Position numbers and translations under genes: made by a program
Assembly: GCA_963715195.1 (NCBI GenBank)
Contig: CAVQRT010000030.1
Coordinates: 96,001-160,000 of the forward strand
Direction: 5' to 3'
Length of the DNA: 64,000 nucleotides
Source: Thermodesulfovibrionales bacterium
GTDB lineage: Bacteria; Nitrospirota; Thermodesulfovibrionia; Thermodesulfovibrionales; SM23-35
Notes under the pieces: generated by a model
The model's database searches: none
Seen by the model: only the letters and a program-made list of their open reading frames with translations
What the model was told of the DNA's origin: nothing
Shown here: piece by piece, positions 12,874 through 22,295 of the stretch
Layout of the letters: every line of letters begins with the position of its first letter
Numbering within the stretch: position 1 is the stretch's first letter

Positions 12874-14268
12874 ATGTTTTCTGACGATGACACAATAGCC
12901 GCCATTTCAACACCTCTGGGCCAGGGCGGTATCGGCATTGTCAAGACGAGCGGCAGCAATGCACTCAGCATCGCCGGCCGCATATTCATTTCACTGAAGA
13001 AGAAACACCTGAGCGAGATAAAAAATTACTCTCTAACATACGGCTACATCTTCGATCCTTCAACAGGGGAAAACATTGACGAAGTGCTTCTCGCGATCAT
13101 GAGATCCCCTTACTCTTATACAAAAGATGATGTCGTGGAGATCAACTGCCATGGCGGTATGGTTTCACTGACAAAAATCCTAGACCTCGTTCTCAAACAA
13201 GGCGCACGGCTTGCAGAGCCCGGCGAGTTTACGAAAAGGGCTTTCCTCAGTGGACGGATAGACCTTAGCCAGGCCGAGGCCGTTCTTGACCTAATCAGGT
13301 CAAAGACTGACGAAAGTAGAAGGATAGCCCTTGAACAACTCCGGGGCGGTCTCTCTGAAAAGATTACATTATTAAGAGACCGCCTAATGGAGACCTGTGC
13401 CAATATCGAAGCATTCATAGATTTCCCGGAGGACGAGATCGAAACTGATTCAAAACAGGATTTATCTTCATCTATGGAGAAAATTCATCAGGGACTTCTG
13501 AAGCTTGTCAAGACCTATGAAGAAGGACGTTTCTTCAGGGAAGGTTTATCGACAGCGATTGTCGGAAGGCCGAATGTCGGGAAATCATCACTTCTAAATG
13601 TACTGCTTCAGAAAGACCGGGCTATCGTGACTGAAATCCCGGGAACGACCCGGGATATCATTGAAGAATATCTGAACATTCAGGGATTGCCTCTTCGGAT
13701 CATGGATACCGCAGGGATAAGGGATGTAAAGGATCTGGCTGAAAAAGAAGGGGTAAGAAGAAGTTTGCAGAGTATCGAAAATGCAGACCTTGTTATCGCA
13801 CTGTTTGATCAGAGTGTGTCTTTGCAGGAAGAAGATTTTGAGGTTTTAAAAAAAATAAAGGATCGGAATACGATTTTCGTTCTGAATAAATCCGATCTGC
13901 CATCAGCTTTTGATAGGACAATTTTTTCATCCTTCATCCCTCATCCTTCATCCTTATGCTTATGTATCTCTGCGACAAGAGGCGACGGAATCGAGGAACT
14001 GAAAGAGGCGGTCTTTCATGCATGCCTGAAGAATTGGAAAGAGGAACGGGAAGGAATTATCGTCACAAATCTCAGGCATAAGACGGCAATTCAAAATGCT
14101 GCAACATCGCTTATGAATGCTATGCGGGCGTTAACAGAAAATCAGCCCATCGAAATCATCGCGTTCGAACTCCGGGATTCACTTGATAAACTTGGGGAAA
14201 TCGTCGGATCCGTTACGACAGACGATATTCTAAAAAAAATATTCGATGAATTTTGCATTGGGAAATAA
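12874..14268 (+). CDS. mnmE: tRNA modification GTPase MnmE
   Basis: DTIAAIST, GRPNVGKSS, DTAG, NKSD motifs and C-terminal FCIGK. Confidence 0.97.
   Translation: MFSDDDTIAAISTPLGQGGIGIVKTSGSNALSIAGRIFISLKKKHLSEIKNYSLTYGYIFDPSTGENIDEVLLAIMRSPYSYTKDDVVEINCHGGMVSLTKILDLVLKQGARLAEPGEFTKRAFLSGRIDLSQAEAVLDLIRSKTDESRRIALEQLRGGLSEKITLLRDRLMETCANIEAFIDFPEDEIETDSKQDLSSSMEKIHQGLLKLVKTYEEGRFFREGLSTAIVGRPNVGKSSLLNVLLQKDRAIVTEIPGTTRDIIEEYLNIQGLPLRIMDTAGIRDVKDLAEKEGVRRSLQSIENADLVIALFDQSVSLQEEDFEVLKKIKDRNTIFVLNKSDLPSAFDRTIFSSFIPHPSSLCLCISATRGDGIEELKEAVFHACLKNWKEEREGIIVTNLRHKTAIQNAATSLMNAMRALTENQPIEIIAFELRDSLDKLGEIVGSVTTDDILKKIFDEFCIGK
13926..13953 (+). repeat. Heptamer tandem repeat (YTCATCC)x4 inside mnmE
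   Basis: TTCATCC TTCATCC CTCATCC TTCATCC, encoding SSFIPHPSS. Confidence 0.85.
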
Positions 14269-14376
14269 AGTCTGTCCCTCAGCATTACCCCAAAAAATGC
14301 ATTTAAAAAGTACGGATGTTGTGAGAATAATTATTTTTCGAGCAATGTCTGCACTTTTCGGGTTAAGGAGGCTCAA

Positions 14377-14475
14377 ATGGTTGCACTGATATTCTATATC
14401 ACCATTGCTATAACAATAGTAGCTGTCATATTCAGCGTTATTTATTGGATTCAGGAGAGAAAAAACCGCTTTTGA
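14377..14475 (+). CDS. Putative 32-aa single-TM small protein
   Basis: AAGGAGG RBS; MVALIFYITIAITIVAVIFSVIYWIQERKNRF. Confidence 0.55.
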   Translation: MVALIFYITIAITIVAVIFSVIYWIQERKNRF

Positions 14476-14494
14476 AATACTGTTTCCGTAATCC

Positions 14495-15130
14495 TCAATT
14501 CTTCCGGGCCGAAATCACGACAAACAGTCCCTCTCCATGCCCTTCCTTTACCTGCTCCAAGTCAGAAATTTCTTCAGGATTATGAAAGAGTGTTTGCAGA
14601 ATCCGGACATTATTGTAACCCGTTATCTGAAGCCATTCTAAAACCTGATTAACGGAATAAAACCTGGCATCTTTAAAAAACCTGCTGCCCTGTTTCTTCA
14701 TTTCATACAACTTACCGGGCGGACTGTTTTTGTCCAGCATTCCGATGATGATCGTTCCGGCAGGGCAAAGAATTCTGCTGCTCTCCTGCAGGGCCTCCAA
14801 TGGATTTTCGAGAAAACAGAGTGTTGTAACCATTAACACAAAATCAAAAGTAGTGTCACCAAACGGCAGCTTCTCCGCTTTTGCATCATGGACGGTAATG
14901 CCTCTGCTCTTCGCGATTTCAGCCATCTCCTCTGAAGGTTCAACCCCGGTTGCTATTCCGAACGGCACGGAAAATCGCCCGGTCCCGACTCCTATTTCTA
15001 CACCTTTACCGCTTTGTGGCAATAGCATCCTCACCGCCCGTAATTCGGACTGATATACCCATGAATGCCTATCAAACCACGCATCGTATTCCCGGGCGTT
15101 CTCATCAAATGCCTTCATCTTGTTCGTCAT
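14495..15130 (-). CDS. Class I SAM-dependent methyltransferase
   Basis: EIGVGTGRF and AEKLPFGDTTFD motifs; start probably 15130 or 15118. Confidence 0.85.
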   Translation of the reverse strand: MTNKMKAFDENAREYDAWFDRHSWVYQSELRAVRMLLPQSGKGVEIGVGTGRFSVPFGIATGVEPSEEMAEIAKSRGITVHDAKAEKLPFGDTTFDFVLMVTTLCFLENPLEALQESSRILCPAGTIIIGMLDKNSPPGKLYEMKKQGSRFFKDARFYSVNQVLEWLQITGYNNVRILQTLFHNPEEISDLEQVKEGHGEGLFVVISARKN

Positions 15131-15449
15131 CGCTGTAATTGCCCCATATCGGGTCACGTCCAAACCTTTTTGCCCACATTTCTTCAGGGGAGATATATTT
15201 TTCAACTTCTTCTTTGGAAAAAGAAAAACGATACTGTTCACAGTAATCCATTAGTGCTCTGTAGGCGCTGATAATTTCAACTGTCTTTTCTCTCCGTATC
15301 TCCTTGTTATCATTACTTAAATCGGGATGCCATTCTTTGAGCAATTCCCGGTATCTGTTTTTAATATCCTGCAAGGTTGCCACTTCCTTCAGGCCAAGCA
15401 CCTTTCGGGCCTTTGTTATCTCTTCATATTTTCCAATGGGTATAGTCAC
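15105..15449 (-). CDS. Small J-domain (DnaJ-like) protein
   Basis: ARKVLGL...YRELLKEWHPD motif. Confidence 0.85.
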   Translation of the reverse strand: MTIPIGKYEEITKARKVLGLKEVATLQDIKNRYRELLKEWHPDLSNDNKEIRREKTVEIISAYRALMDYCEQYRFSFSKEEVEKYISPEEMWAKRFGRDPIWGNYSDDEQDEGI

Positions 15450-15503
15450 TACAGGTACTTTTCAGATTGTATGTGGATTATACCGCCCAAATATTTTTTC
15501 GCT

Positions 15504-15815
15504 TTAAAAGGTGAGCACCTTATCGGCTTCTATGACTAACTCATAAAGATCATTCATGTATCCGATCGGACAAACCTTGGCTCCCACGAGACCGTGGGCT
15601 TTCATGCACACCCCTCAGACGTACATGTTCCCCTTGTACTGATCGACCTGTTCCTGGACATTAAACTGTTCGTTTCCGCTTTGCTCAAATAAGACACCTT
15701 TACCGAGCATGAAAATATTCACTTCATCACCTTTGCCTACGGCCACGTTGGCAAGTCTCATCGCATTGTAAACAGTCTCCGCATCATTTGTCGAAATGAC
15801 GAAAAGAATATTCAT
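15504..15815 (-). CDS. DsrE/DsrF-like protein, probable selenoprotein (in-frame TGA 15615-15617, UxxC)
   Basis: Frame continues after TGA as GVCMKAHGLVGAKVCPIGYMNDLYELVIEADKVLTF*, a typical DsrE C-terminus; SECIS-like hairpin follows; GGAGG RBS. Confidence 0.85.
15583..15598 (-). promoter_or_regulatory. Putative bacterial SECIS apical hairpin
   Basis: CCCACG-GTCT-CGTGGG; the loop starts with GU, 22 nt after the UGA. Confidence 0.7.
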
Positions 15816-15970
15816 AGATACCCTCTCCTCCTGCTCAATAGCGTGAGCAAATGTATCGAAATTCTACAGCATTGTGAAATGCGATATCAATATTCCAGGT
15901 TCTTTTATCACACCCCACAGAATGGAAGGAGATTGCAGAAGAGGTGCACGATCCTTTAAAATCTATCGTT

Positions 15971-16057
15971 GCCGGTGTGGTGGAATTGGCAGACGCGCCG
16001 GACTCAAAATCCGGTGGGGGCAACTCCGTGTGGGTTCGACTCCCACCACCGGCACCA
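15971..16057 (+). tRNA. tRNA-Leu(CAA)
   Basis: GCCGGTG...CACCGGC-ACCA acceptor stem; anticodon loop CT-CAA-AA; long variable arm; GGTTCGACTCC T-arm. Confidence 0.96.
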
Positions 16058-16060
16058 GGA

Positions 16061-16837
16061 TCAGGAACCCCGCAGCCATTTAACCAGATTGTTTCCGAGT
16101 GCCATATTCTCCTTCTCGAGAAATATGTTTTGAAAAATTGCGTCGTCTCCGAAGATTACGTATTGTCCCTTGTTATAGGTGCCTGCGATGGCAACACCAA
16201 ATGATTGTGAGGCATCATTACTGTTAAATTGTCCGTCCCGGTTGAGGTCAATCCATGCCTTCTGGCTGGTCCTTGCGATAATTTTCCCCTGAGCGCTGTC
16301 ACTGATAAGAGCCCATCCGCCATGAACACCAATTTTCTCTATTCCCTTGGTGATTGGGTGCTGATCCATTTTCGTTATAAAGAAATCCTTTGGTTCATTC
16401 CTGATAAGATTCTCCTTTTCGAGAATGACCCCGTTGGAAGCAAATACCCGAAGGCGGCTCATGAGCCCCGTCAATGGGTGCGGGATGTGAAGCATGATAC
16501 AGAGACTGCCTCCTCCATCCAAAAACCGCAGAATGGCTTCGATTTCAGCGGGGTTAACAGCAACGAATGCCCCCGAAATTACCAGAACACTGACGCCTTT
16601 CATTGTGTCATCAGTGATCAATCCAGTCCCGGTTTTGACAAGATATCCTCCATTTTTAAACAACGCTGATAGTTTAGAAAGCTGTAAATCCCCCTCTTTC
16701 TCGATGAGGAATTTCTGACCATGTCCCTGGTCAAACATCACAGTCGGCTTTTTGTCATCGGCCTGAACTCCTACAAGTAACGACTGTATCAGCATGAACA
16801 GAGCGGCCATCGCTATCAATTGTTTCCGCACACTCAT
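16061..16837 (-). CDS. Secreted protein, DUF4350/GATase-like fold
   Basis: Signal peptide; VMFDQGHGQ, FLDGGGSL, HPITKG and FGDDAIFQN motifs. Confidence 0.6.
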   Translation of the reverse strand: MSVRKQLIAMAALFMLIQSLLVGVQADDKKPTVMFDQGHGQKFLIEKEGDLQLSKLSALFKNGGYLVKTGTGLITDDTMKGVSVLVISGAFVAVNPAEIEAILRFLDGGGSLCIMLHIPHPLTGLMSRLRVFASNGVILEKENLIRNEPKDFFITKMDQHPITKGIEKIGVHGGWALISDSAQGKIIARTSQKAWIDLNRDGQFNSNDASQSFGVAIAGTYNKGQYVIFGDDAIFQNIFLEKENMALGNNLVKWLRGS

Positions 16838-16903
16838 TTCTCCTTTCGTTAGTTATGCTGAAAACGCTTTGTATCGCAAGCATTCATCCGGGCATGATAA
16901 ATA

Positions 16904-18130
16904 TTATTCCCTGATTGATTCTGATGATGTTCGGCCCCATACAGCATAAACCGGATCTGCAATCTGCGTTTCAACAAAATGTTTATCATGGAGCGGCCTC
17001 GGCCTGCCTCTCATTGAATACGTGCTGATATTCCCGAACTTCCCCGAACGCAGGAAATATTCGAGGACAAGCCCTACCCGCTCGAACTCATGGAGTTCTG
17101 TCCATATGTGAATGGTCTTTGGCGGAAACCAGCGGTTTGAGAAGGCCGCGACAAAAATACCCCCCGGTATCAGAACCCGCGCCACTTCTTCAAAAACCCT
17201 GAATGGCTGAGTCAGATATTCTACGGATACGGTACAGATGACCAAGTCGAATGTATGATCCTGAAACGGGAGGCGATAGTCCCTGTTCAGATCATGGATG
17301 ACAAAATCACTCAGCTGCTTGTTGTCTTCCATCTCCTCCCTGTTCAATCCGAGACCGATAAGGGATTGCAGGACAATATTCTCCGGGATATGAGAACGCC
17401 AGCTGCTCATAAGATCAAGCACCCTCATTCCATCTTTCAGGAGACTGCCGTAAATCCCTCGTATGATCCCAAGAGCTTCGTCATCTGTATGCGTAAGAAG
17501 ACGGGGAGCGCTGTAGAAAACTGAGTCGTCATTTTCATCAGCCCGTTTAAACGGACTGTCCGAAAAAAAATCGGTCGCCTTTCCTTTCGAGCGTGCCTGC
17601 ATGCCCGGCCCATTGGAAATAACCTCCATCCAGTCCGTGCATGAACCGCCCACGTCTCCGGATTTCTTACCAACAGAATCGATGCCTGCAAAAAGTTGAA
17701 CAGGCTTTTGGGAAAGAGGATGATTGAAATCGACTCTCATCTGAGTTGCGTCAACGCCGACACATCGAAACGGTTCAATATTCCCCCGGAAGACGTTCGG
17801 CAAACCTCTTAAAATTCCCTTGGGATAGAACCTCCCGAACCGCGGGCCCATAGATACAGGCAGACCGTAACGCGTATCGAAGTGCCGCAGTTCAAAATCG
17901 AATTCGTTATCCGCGTGATATGATGTGACTATTTCGTTGACCGCCCCGCTGAGAAGAAACCGTTCGCCTTCCACTTTCCCAATGAATGAGTCATAAAACT
18001 TTCTGGAGAAGATGTCCCTCCAGAAAGTTACCCTTTTTGCATAGTAACAGTCGGTATGATCTGCATGAGAGCTGTTCCATCGCAGGATGAATTCGATACT
18101 TGCAATTCCCCTGGATTCTATTTTTGCCAT
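16904..18130 (-). CDS. Fusion of an FKBP/SlyD-like N-domain and a class I methyltransferase
   Basis: VDFNHPL (SlyD-like) followed by VLDLMSSWRSH, LPFQDHTFD and FSNRWFPPK. Confidence 0.7.
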   Translation of the reverse strand: MAKIESRGIASIEFILRWNSSHADHTDCYYAKRVTFWRDIFSRKFYDSFIGKVEGERFLLSGAVNEIVTSYHADNEFDFELRHFDTRYGLPVSMGPRFGRFYPKGILRGLPNVFRGNIEPFRCVGVDATQMRVDFNHPLSQKPVQLFAGIDSVGKKSGDVGGSCTDWMEVISNGPGMQARSKGKATDFFSDSPFKRADENDDSVFYSAPRLLTHTDDEALGIIRGIYGSLLKDGMRVLDLMSSWRSHIPENIVLQSLIGLGLNREEMEDNKQLSDFVIHDLNRDYRLPFQDHTFDLVICTVSVEYLTQPFRVFEEVARVLIPGGIFVAAFSNRWFPPKTIHIWTELHEFERVGLVLEYFLRSGKFGNISTYSMRGRPRPLHDKHFVETQIADPVYAVWGRTSSESIRE

Positions 18131-18131
18131 G

Positions 18132-19991
18132 CTATCCGGATGCCAGAGATTTTTTATTCGTGTGCGCCCTCCTGAGCTTCTCGATCGCAATCATCAGGAG
18201 AGAGAGTGCCGCCGGGGTAATGCCCGGTATCCTGCCCGCCTGGCCAAGGGTTACCGGCCTGACGTCGAGCAATTTCAGAAGGACTTCCCGGGAAAGACCG
18301 TTCACCGAATTGTAATCAAAGTTATCAGGGATTCGTTTCCCTTCAATTTTTTTGAGTCTTTCGGCCATCTCCATCTGGCGCAGAATGTAGCCATCATACT
18401 TGACCTGAATCTCAACCTGCCTTTTCATTTCAGGCGTCAGGGGCTGATCAGAGGACGAACGTTCATCAATGAATGCATAGGTTATCTCGGGTCTTTTTAA
18501 AAACTGTTCCAACGTTTCATTCCTGTTCTCATCAACTTTAATCCGAGTCCTTTTCAATCGCTCCATTTCATCATGAATCAGCCTCTTTTTCTCGAGGAAT
18601 TTTTGGTATATGGCCTCATCGAGAAGCCCGATACCGTACCCTTTGTCCATCAATCTGAGATCGGCATTATCGTGGCGTAATAGGAGCCGGTATTCTGCCC
18701 GCGAGGTGAACATCCGATAAGGTTCGTTGGTCCCTTTTGTTGTCAGGTCATCAATAAGGACACCGGTGTATGCCTCGTGGCGTCCGAGGATGAACGGTTC
18801 CCTGCCCCGGAGTTTCAACGCCGCATTAATCCCAGCCATGAGTCCCTGTGCTGCGGCTTCCTCATATCCGGATGTTCCGTTTATCTGACCAGCCAAAAAA
18901 AGCCCGCCGATGATTTTTGCTTCGAGGTTTTGCTTCAGTTGCGTGGGATATATAAAATCGTACTCGATTGCATACCCGGGCCGCATGATTTCCACCTCTT
19001 CAAGGCCCGGGATAGTCCGCACAAATTTAACCTGCACATCATAGGGAAGGCTTGTCGGTATTCCATTTGCATAATATTCTTTTGTCTCAAGACCCTCGGG
19101 CTCAAGAAATACCTGGTGCCGCTCACGTTCGGCAAACCGTACAACCTTATCTTCAATCGACGGACAATAGCGCGCCCCTATCCCTTTGATCTTGCCGCTA
19201 TACAAGGGTGACCGGTCAAGATTCCCCAAAATAATCCGGTGAGTTTCGGCATTCGTATAGGTTATGAAGCAGGGGAGCTGCGGATTGGTAATTTCTTCAG
19301 TGGAGTGGGAGAAAGCAACGGGAGGTTCATCTCCGTATTGTGGTTCTGTCTTTGAAAAATCTATAGTTTTCGCGTCAAGCCTCGGAGGCGTACCGGTCTT
19401 TAGCCTGCCTATTTTCAGGCCAAGGCTGCTAAGCGACTCTGACAGTCCGTTTGACGGGAATTCACCCGCCCTTCCGGCAGGGAAATTTTCGAGCCCGACG
19501 TGAATCAATCCCTTCAGGAAAGTCCCGGTTGTGACAATGACGGCCCGTGCCCCGAAGAAAACACCCAGAGAGGTAAGCACACCCTTCACATTCCCGTTCT
19601 CGGTGATAATCTTTTCTGCGAGTGCCTGCTTGATATCCAGGTTTTCCTGGTTTTCGAGAACCTTTCGCATGGCAAGCTTATATAAAACTCTGTCAGCCTG
19701 AGCACGGAGCGACCAGACTGCAGGTCCCTTGCTCATGTTCAGCATTCTGAACTGGATTCCTGCTTTATCTGTAACCTTAGCCATCTCGCCGCCGAGGGCA
19801 TCGATCTCCCGGACAAGATGCCCTTTCGCAAGTCCCCCGATTGCGGGGTTGCATGACATCTGAGCAATAGTATCAAGATTGATGGTGAACAGGCATGTCG
19901 ACAACCCAAGGCGCGCAGCTGCAAGAGCGGCCTCGCACCCGGCATGCCCTGCGCCGATGACCACAATATCATAATCGCGTCCTTTATACAT
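18132..19991 (-). CDS. mnmG: tRNA uridine modification enzyme MnmG (GidA)
   Basis: [43 protein letters not shown] and [11 protein letters not shown] motifs. Confidence 0.98.
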   Translation of the reverse strand: MYKGRDYDIVVIGAGHAGCEAALAAARLGLSTCLFTINLDTIAQMSCNPAIGGLAKGHLVREIDALGGEMAKVTDKAGIQFRMLNMSKGPAVWSLRAQADRVLYKLAMRKVLENQENLDIKQALAEKIITENGNVKGVLTSLGVFFGARAVIVTTGTFLKGLIHVGLENFPAGRAGEFPSNGLSESLSSLGLKIGRLKTGTPPRLDAKTIDFSKTEPQYGDEPPVAFSHSTEEITNPQLPCFITYTNAETHRIILGNLDRSPLYSGKIKGIGARYCPSIEDKVVRFAERERHQVFLEPEGLETKEYYANGIPTSLPYDVQVKFVRTIPGLEEVEIMRPGYAIEYDFIYPTQLKQNLEAKIIGGLFLAGQINGTSGYEEAAAQGLMAGINAALKLRGREPFILGRHEAYTGVLIDDLTTKGTNEPYRMFTSRAEYRLLLRHDNADLRLMDKGYGIGLLDEAIYQKFLEKKRLIHDEMERLKRTRIKVDENRNETLEQFLKRPEITYAFIDERSSSDQPLTPEMKRQVEIQVKYDGYILRQMEMAERLKKIEGKRIPDNFDYNSVNGLSREVLLKLLDVRPVTLGQAGRIPGITPAALSLLMIAIEKLRRAHTNKKSLASG

Positions 19992-20119
19992 CAATGTACT
20001 ATAAAGGATTTTTTTGACCTTATTCAATGAAGAGCCGCAAACAGCTTGTGTTATAATTCACCATGCACATGCCTTTCAACGACGTCTTGAAAATTCTTTG
20101 CAGCATATAAAGGAATTCC

Positions 20120-20971
20120 TTGCTTTACTATACAAAAATATTCCTCGGCGGCACCTGCAACAACAACTGCCTGCACTGTCCTCCTGAACATAAAAATTCA
20201 CCTCAGATTGATTTCAACACGATCAGGAGTTCATTGGAGCAGAAAGAGTCGGATAGCATCGTTCTCTATGGCGGGGAGCCTACCCTCAGGAACGATCTGC
20301 TGAACCTGGTCTCAGCTGCCCGGGGAAAGGGCTACAGGAGAATTAAACTCATTACGAATGGTCGTACGTTTTCGAATATCCATTATCTCCAGCAATTGAT
20401 GAATGCAGGGTGTTTATTATTCGAAATCACCTTGTGGGGATCCAATCCGAACCTTCACGATCATCTGAGCAGTGCGTCCGGCAGTTTCTGGGAAACTCTC
20501 AGCGGACTGGAAAATCTGTCTGGAACCACCCACGATAAATTCCTTTGCATCCGAATCCCGATCTGCAAGGAAAACTTCTCAGATCTTCAAAATTGCGTGA
20601 TAACGGCCCTGAATGTTGGTTCAAACCGGATCATCCTCTCGATGCAGGATCAGACCCTCTCTTTGCACTCTGTCCTCCCCCATATCTCAAACAGCATAAA
20701 TATCAGCATCTTTAACCGAGTCTGGGTCCTGACCGAAGGTATTCCCTTCTGCCTTATGCAGGGACTTGAACAGCATATCAGTGAAATTTATACGGGATGG
20801 GAAACCATTTATCCGAGGATATACCAGAAGAACAAACAATGCACTGAATGCATCTACGAAAATCTCTGTCCCGGGGCAGGAGCTCAATATGTTAAAAAAT
20901 TTGGAAACAGTGAATTGAAACCCGTGAGGGCAGGAAAACATTTCCAGGATATCAAAGCACTCTATGACTAA
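20120..20971 (+). CDS. Radical SAM protein with C-terminal Cys cluster (HxsC/SPASM-like)
   Basis: CNNNCLHC, GGEPTL, IPFC and CTECIYENLCPG motifs. Confidence 0.8.
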   Translation: MLYYTKIFLGGTCNNNCLHCPPEHKNSPQIDFNTIRSSLEQKESDSIVLYGGEPTLRNDLLNLVSAARGKGYRRIKLITNGRTFSNIHYLQQLMNAGCLLFEITLWGSNPNLHDHLSSASGSFWETLSGLENLSGTTHDKFLCIRIPICKENFSDLQNCVITALNVGSNRIILSMQDQTLSLHSVLPHISNSINISIFNRVWVLTEGIPFCLMQGLEQHISEIYTGWETIYPRIYQKNKQCTECIYENLCPGAGAQYVKKFGNSELKPVRAGKHFQDIKALYD

Positions 20972-22238
20972 AAAGCAAATCATTCTCATTTCCTATAACT
21001 GGGCTAATCATTTTTCTCTGGCCCTCGGGTATCTCAAGGCATACAGCCTGAAAGATCCTTTTATCAGGCAGCATACTAATATCGAGATTCTTGATTTCGA
21101 TACTGCCGGACTCAATGTGCAGCAGGTTATCTATTATCTCTCTCAGAGCAAACCCGATATTATTGGTTTTTCCTGTTACTGCTGGAATATAGAGAAGGTA
21201 TTGGATACCGCAAGGATTCTCAAGACACTTTATCCTGATATGAAAATAGTTCTCGGCGGTCCGGAGGTGGGACCGATCGGCCCGAAATATCTCGGGGAGC
21301 ATCCCTTTCTCGATGTTGTCATTAAAGGGGAAGGGGAAATCACCTTTGCTGAACTGCTGAAATACTGCCTCGGTGAGTGCCGGCTTGAGGATATAGCGGG
21401 AATCAGTTACCGGTTCAATGGCCGGGTTATCGAAAATCCGGACAGACCGCCTATCGAAAATCTCAGCGAAATCCCGTCCCCCTATCTGGAGGGAATCCTT
21501 ATTCCAAGGGACAGGGTAACCTACATAGAAACTTACCGGGGATGTATCTTCAAATGTCATTACTGCTTTGAAGGGAAAAACCTTCCGAAACTCCGTTTTT
21601 TCCCTGACGACCGGGTACAGAGAGAAATTGAACTTGTCCTGAGTCATCCCGAGGTTAAGAGTTTCCATTTTGTCGATACCGTCTTCAATTTCAGAAAAGA
21701 GCGCCTTGCAAAAATGGCAGGGATTATTGCTTCAGCCAATCGGTACGGGGCTGAGCTTCGTACTGTCGAGATTATCGCGGAATTTGTGGATGAAGAGACG
21801 GTGGAACACTTCAAGAAAGCACATGTGCGCAGCATTGAGACTGGGCCGCAGACGGTGAATGAAAATACGCTCAAAAATGTCAACCGGTTTTACAAGGAAG
21901 AACAGTTCAGAAATGGCGTCAGACTCCTTGAGGACAATGGGATTGAAGTGACTACCGATCTTATCATCGGTCTGCCGGGAGATACCTTTTTTAAATTCGT
22001 GAATTCCGTACAGACTATAATCGACATGAAGCCTTCAAACCTGGTCTTCAGTATCCTGCATGTGCTTCCCGGGACCGTTCTGTATGAAAAGAGCATGGAA
22101 TTCGGCCTGAAATATGATGATAAAGCACCTCATCTTGTCCTGAGCGCCCCTGATTTTCCCTATGAGGACATTGACAAAGCAGTAATCATGGCGTTCAGCC
22201 TCGACAAAGAATACAATATCAAGCCTTTGCCTCCCTGA
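20964..22238 (+). CDS. B12-binding radical SAM protein
   Basis: IGFSCYCWN and GGPEV B12-domain motifs; RGCIFKCHYC; DLIIGLPGDT. Confidence 0.88.
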   Translation: MTKKQIILISYNWANHFSLALGYLKAYSLKDPFIRQHTNIEILDFDTAGLNVQQVIYYLSQSKPDIIGFSCYCWNIEKVLDTARILKTLYPDMKIVLGGPEVGPIGPKYLGEHPFLDVVIKGEGEITFAELLKYCLGECRLEDIAGISYRFNGRVIENPDRPPIENLSEIPSPYLEGILIPRDRVTYIETYRGCIFKCHYCFEGKNLPKLRFFPDDRVQREIELVLSHPEVKSFHFVDTVFNFRKERLAKMAGIIASANRYGAELRTVEIIAEFVDEETVEHFKKAHVRSIETGPQTVNENTLKNVNRFYKEEQFRNGVRLLEDNGIEVTTDLIIGLPGDTFFKFVNSVQTIIDMKPSNLVFSILHVLPGTVLYEKSMEFGLKYDDKAPHLVLSAPDFPYEDIDKAVIMAFSLDKEYNIKPLPP

Positions 22239-22295
22239 TACATCTGCCGGCCTCAAAAGTGATTAAAAACAGAATTTTGTAAGGTAAAATAAATC

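Noticed and set aside
16040..16061. tRNA-Leu 3' end as an integration site
   Set aside because: No integrase and no duplicated tRNA 3' end seen in the window
20063..20110. 15-aa ORF MHMPFNDVLKILCSI as a radical-SAM precursor peptide
   Set aside because: No RBS, no His-Xaa-Ser or repeated motif, and it lies in a divergent promoter region
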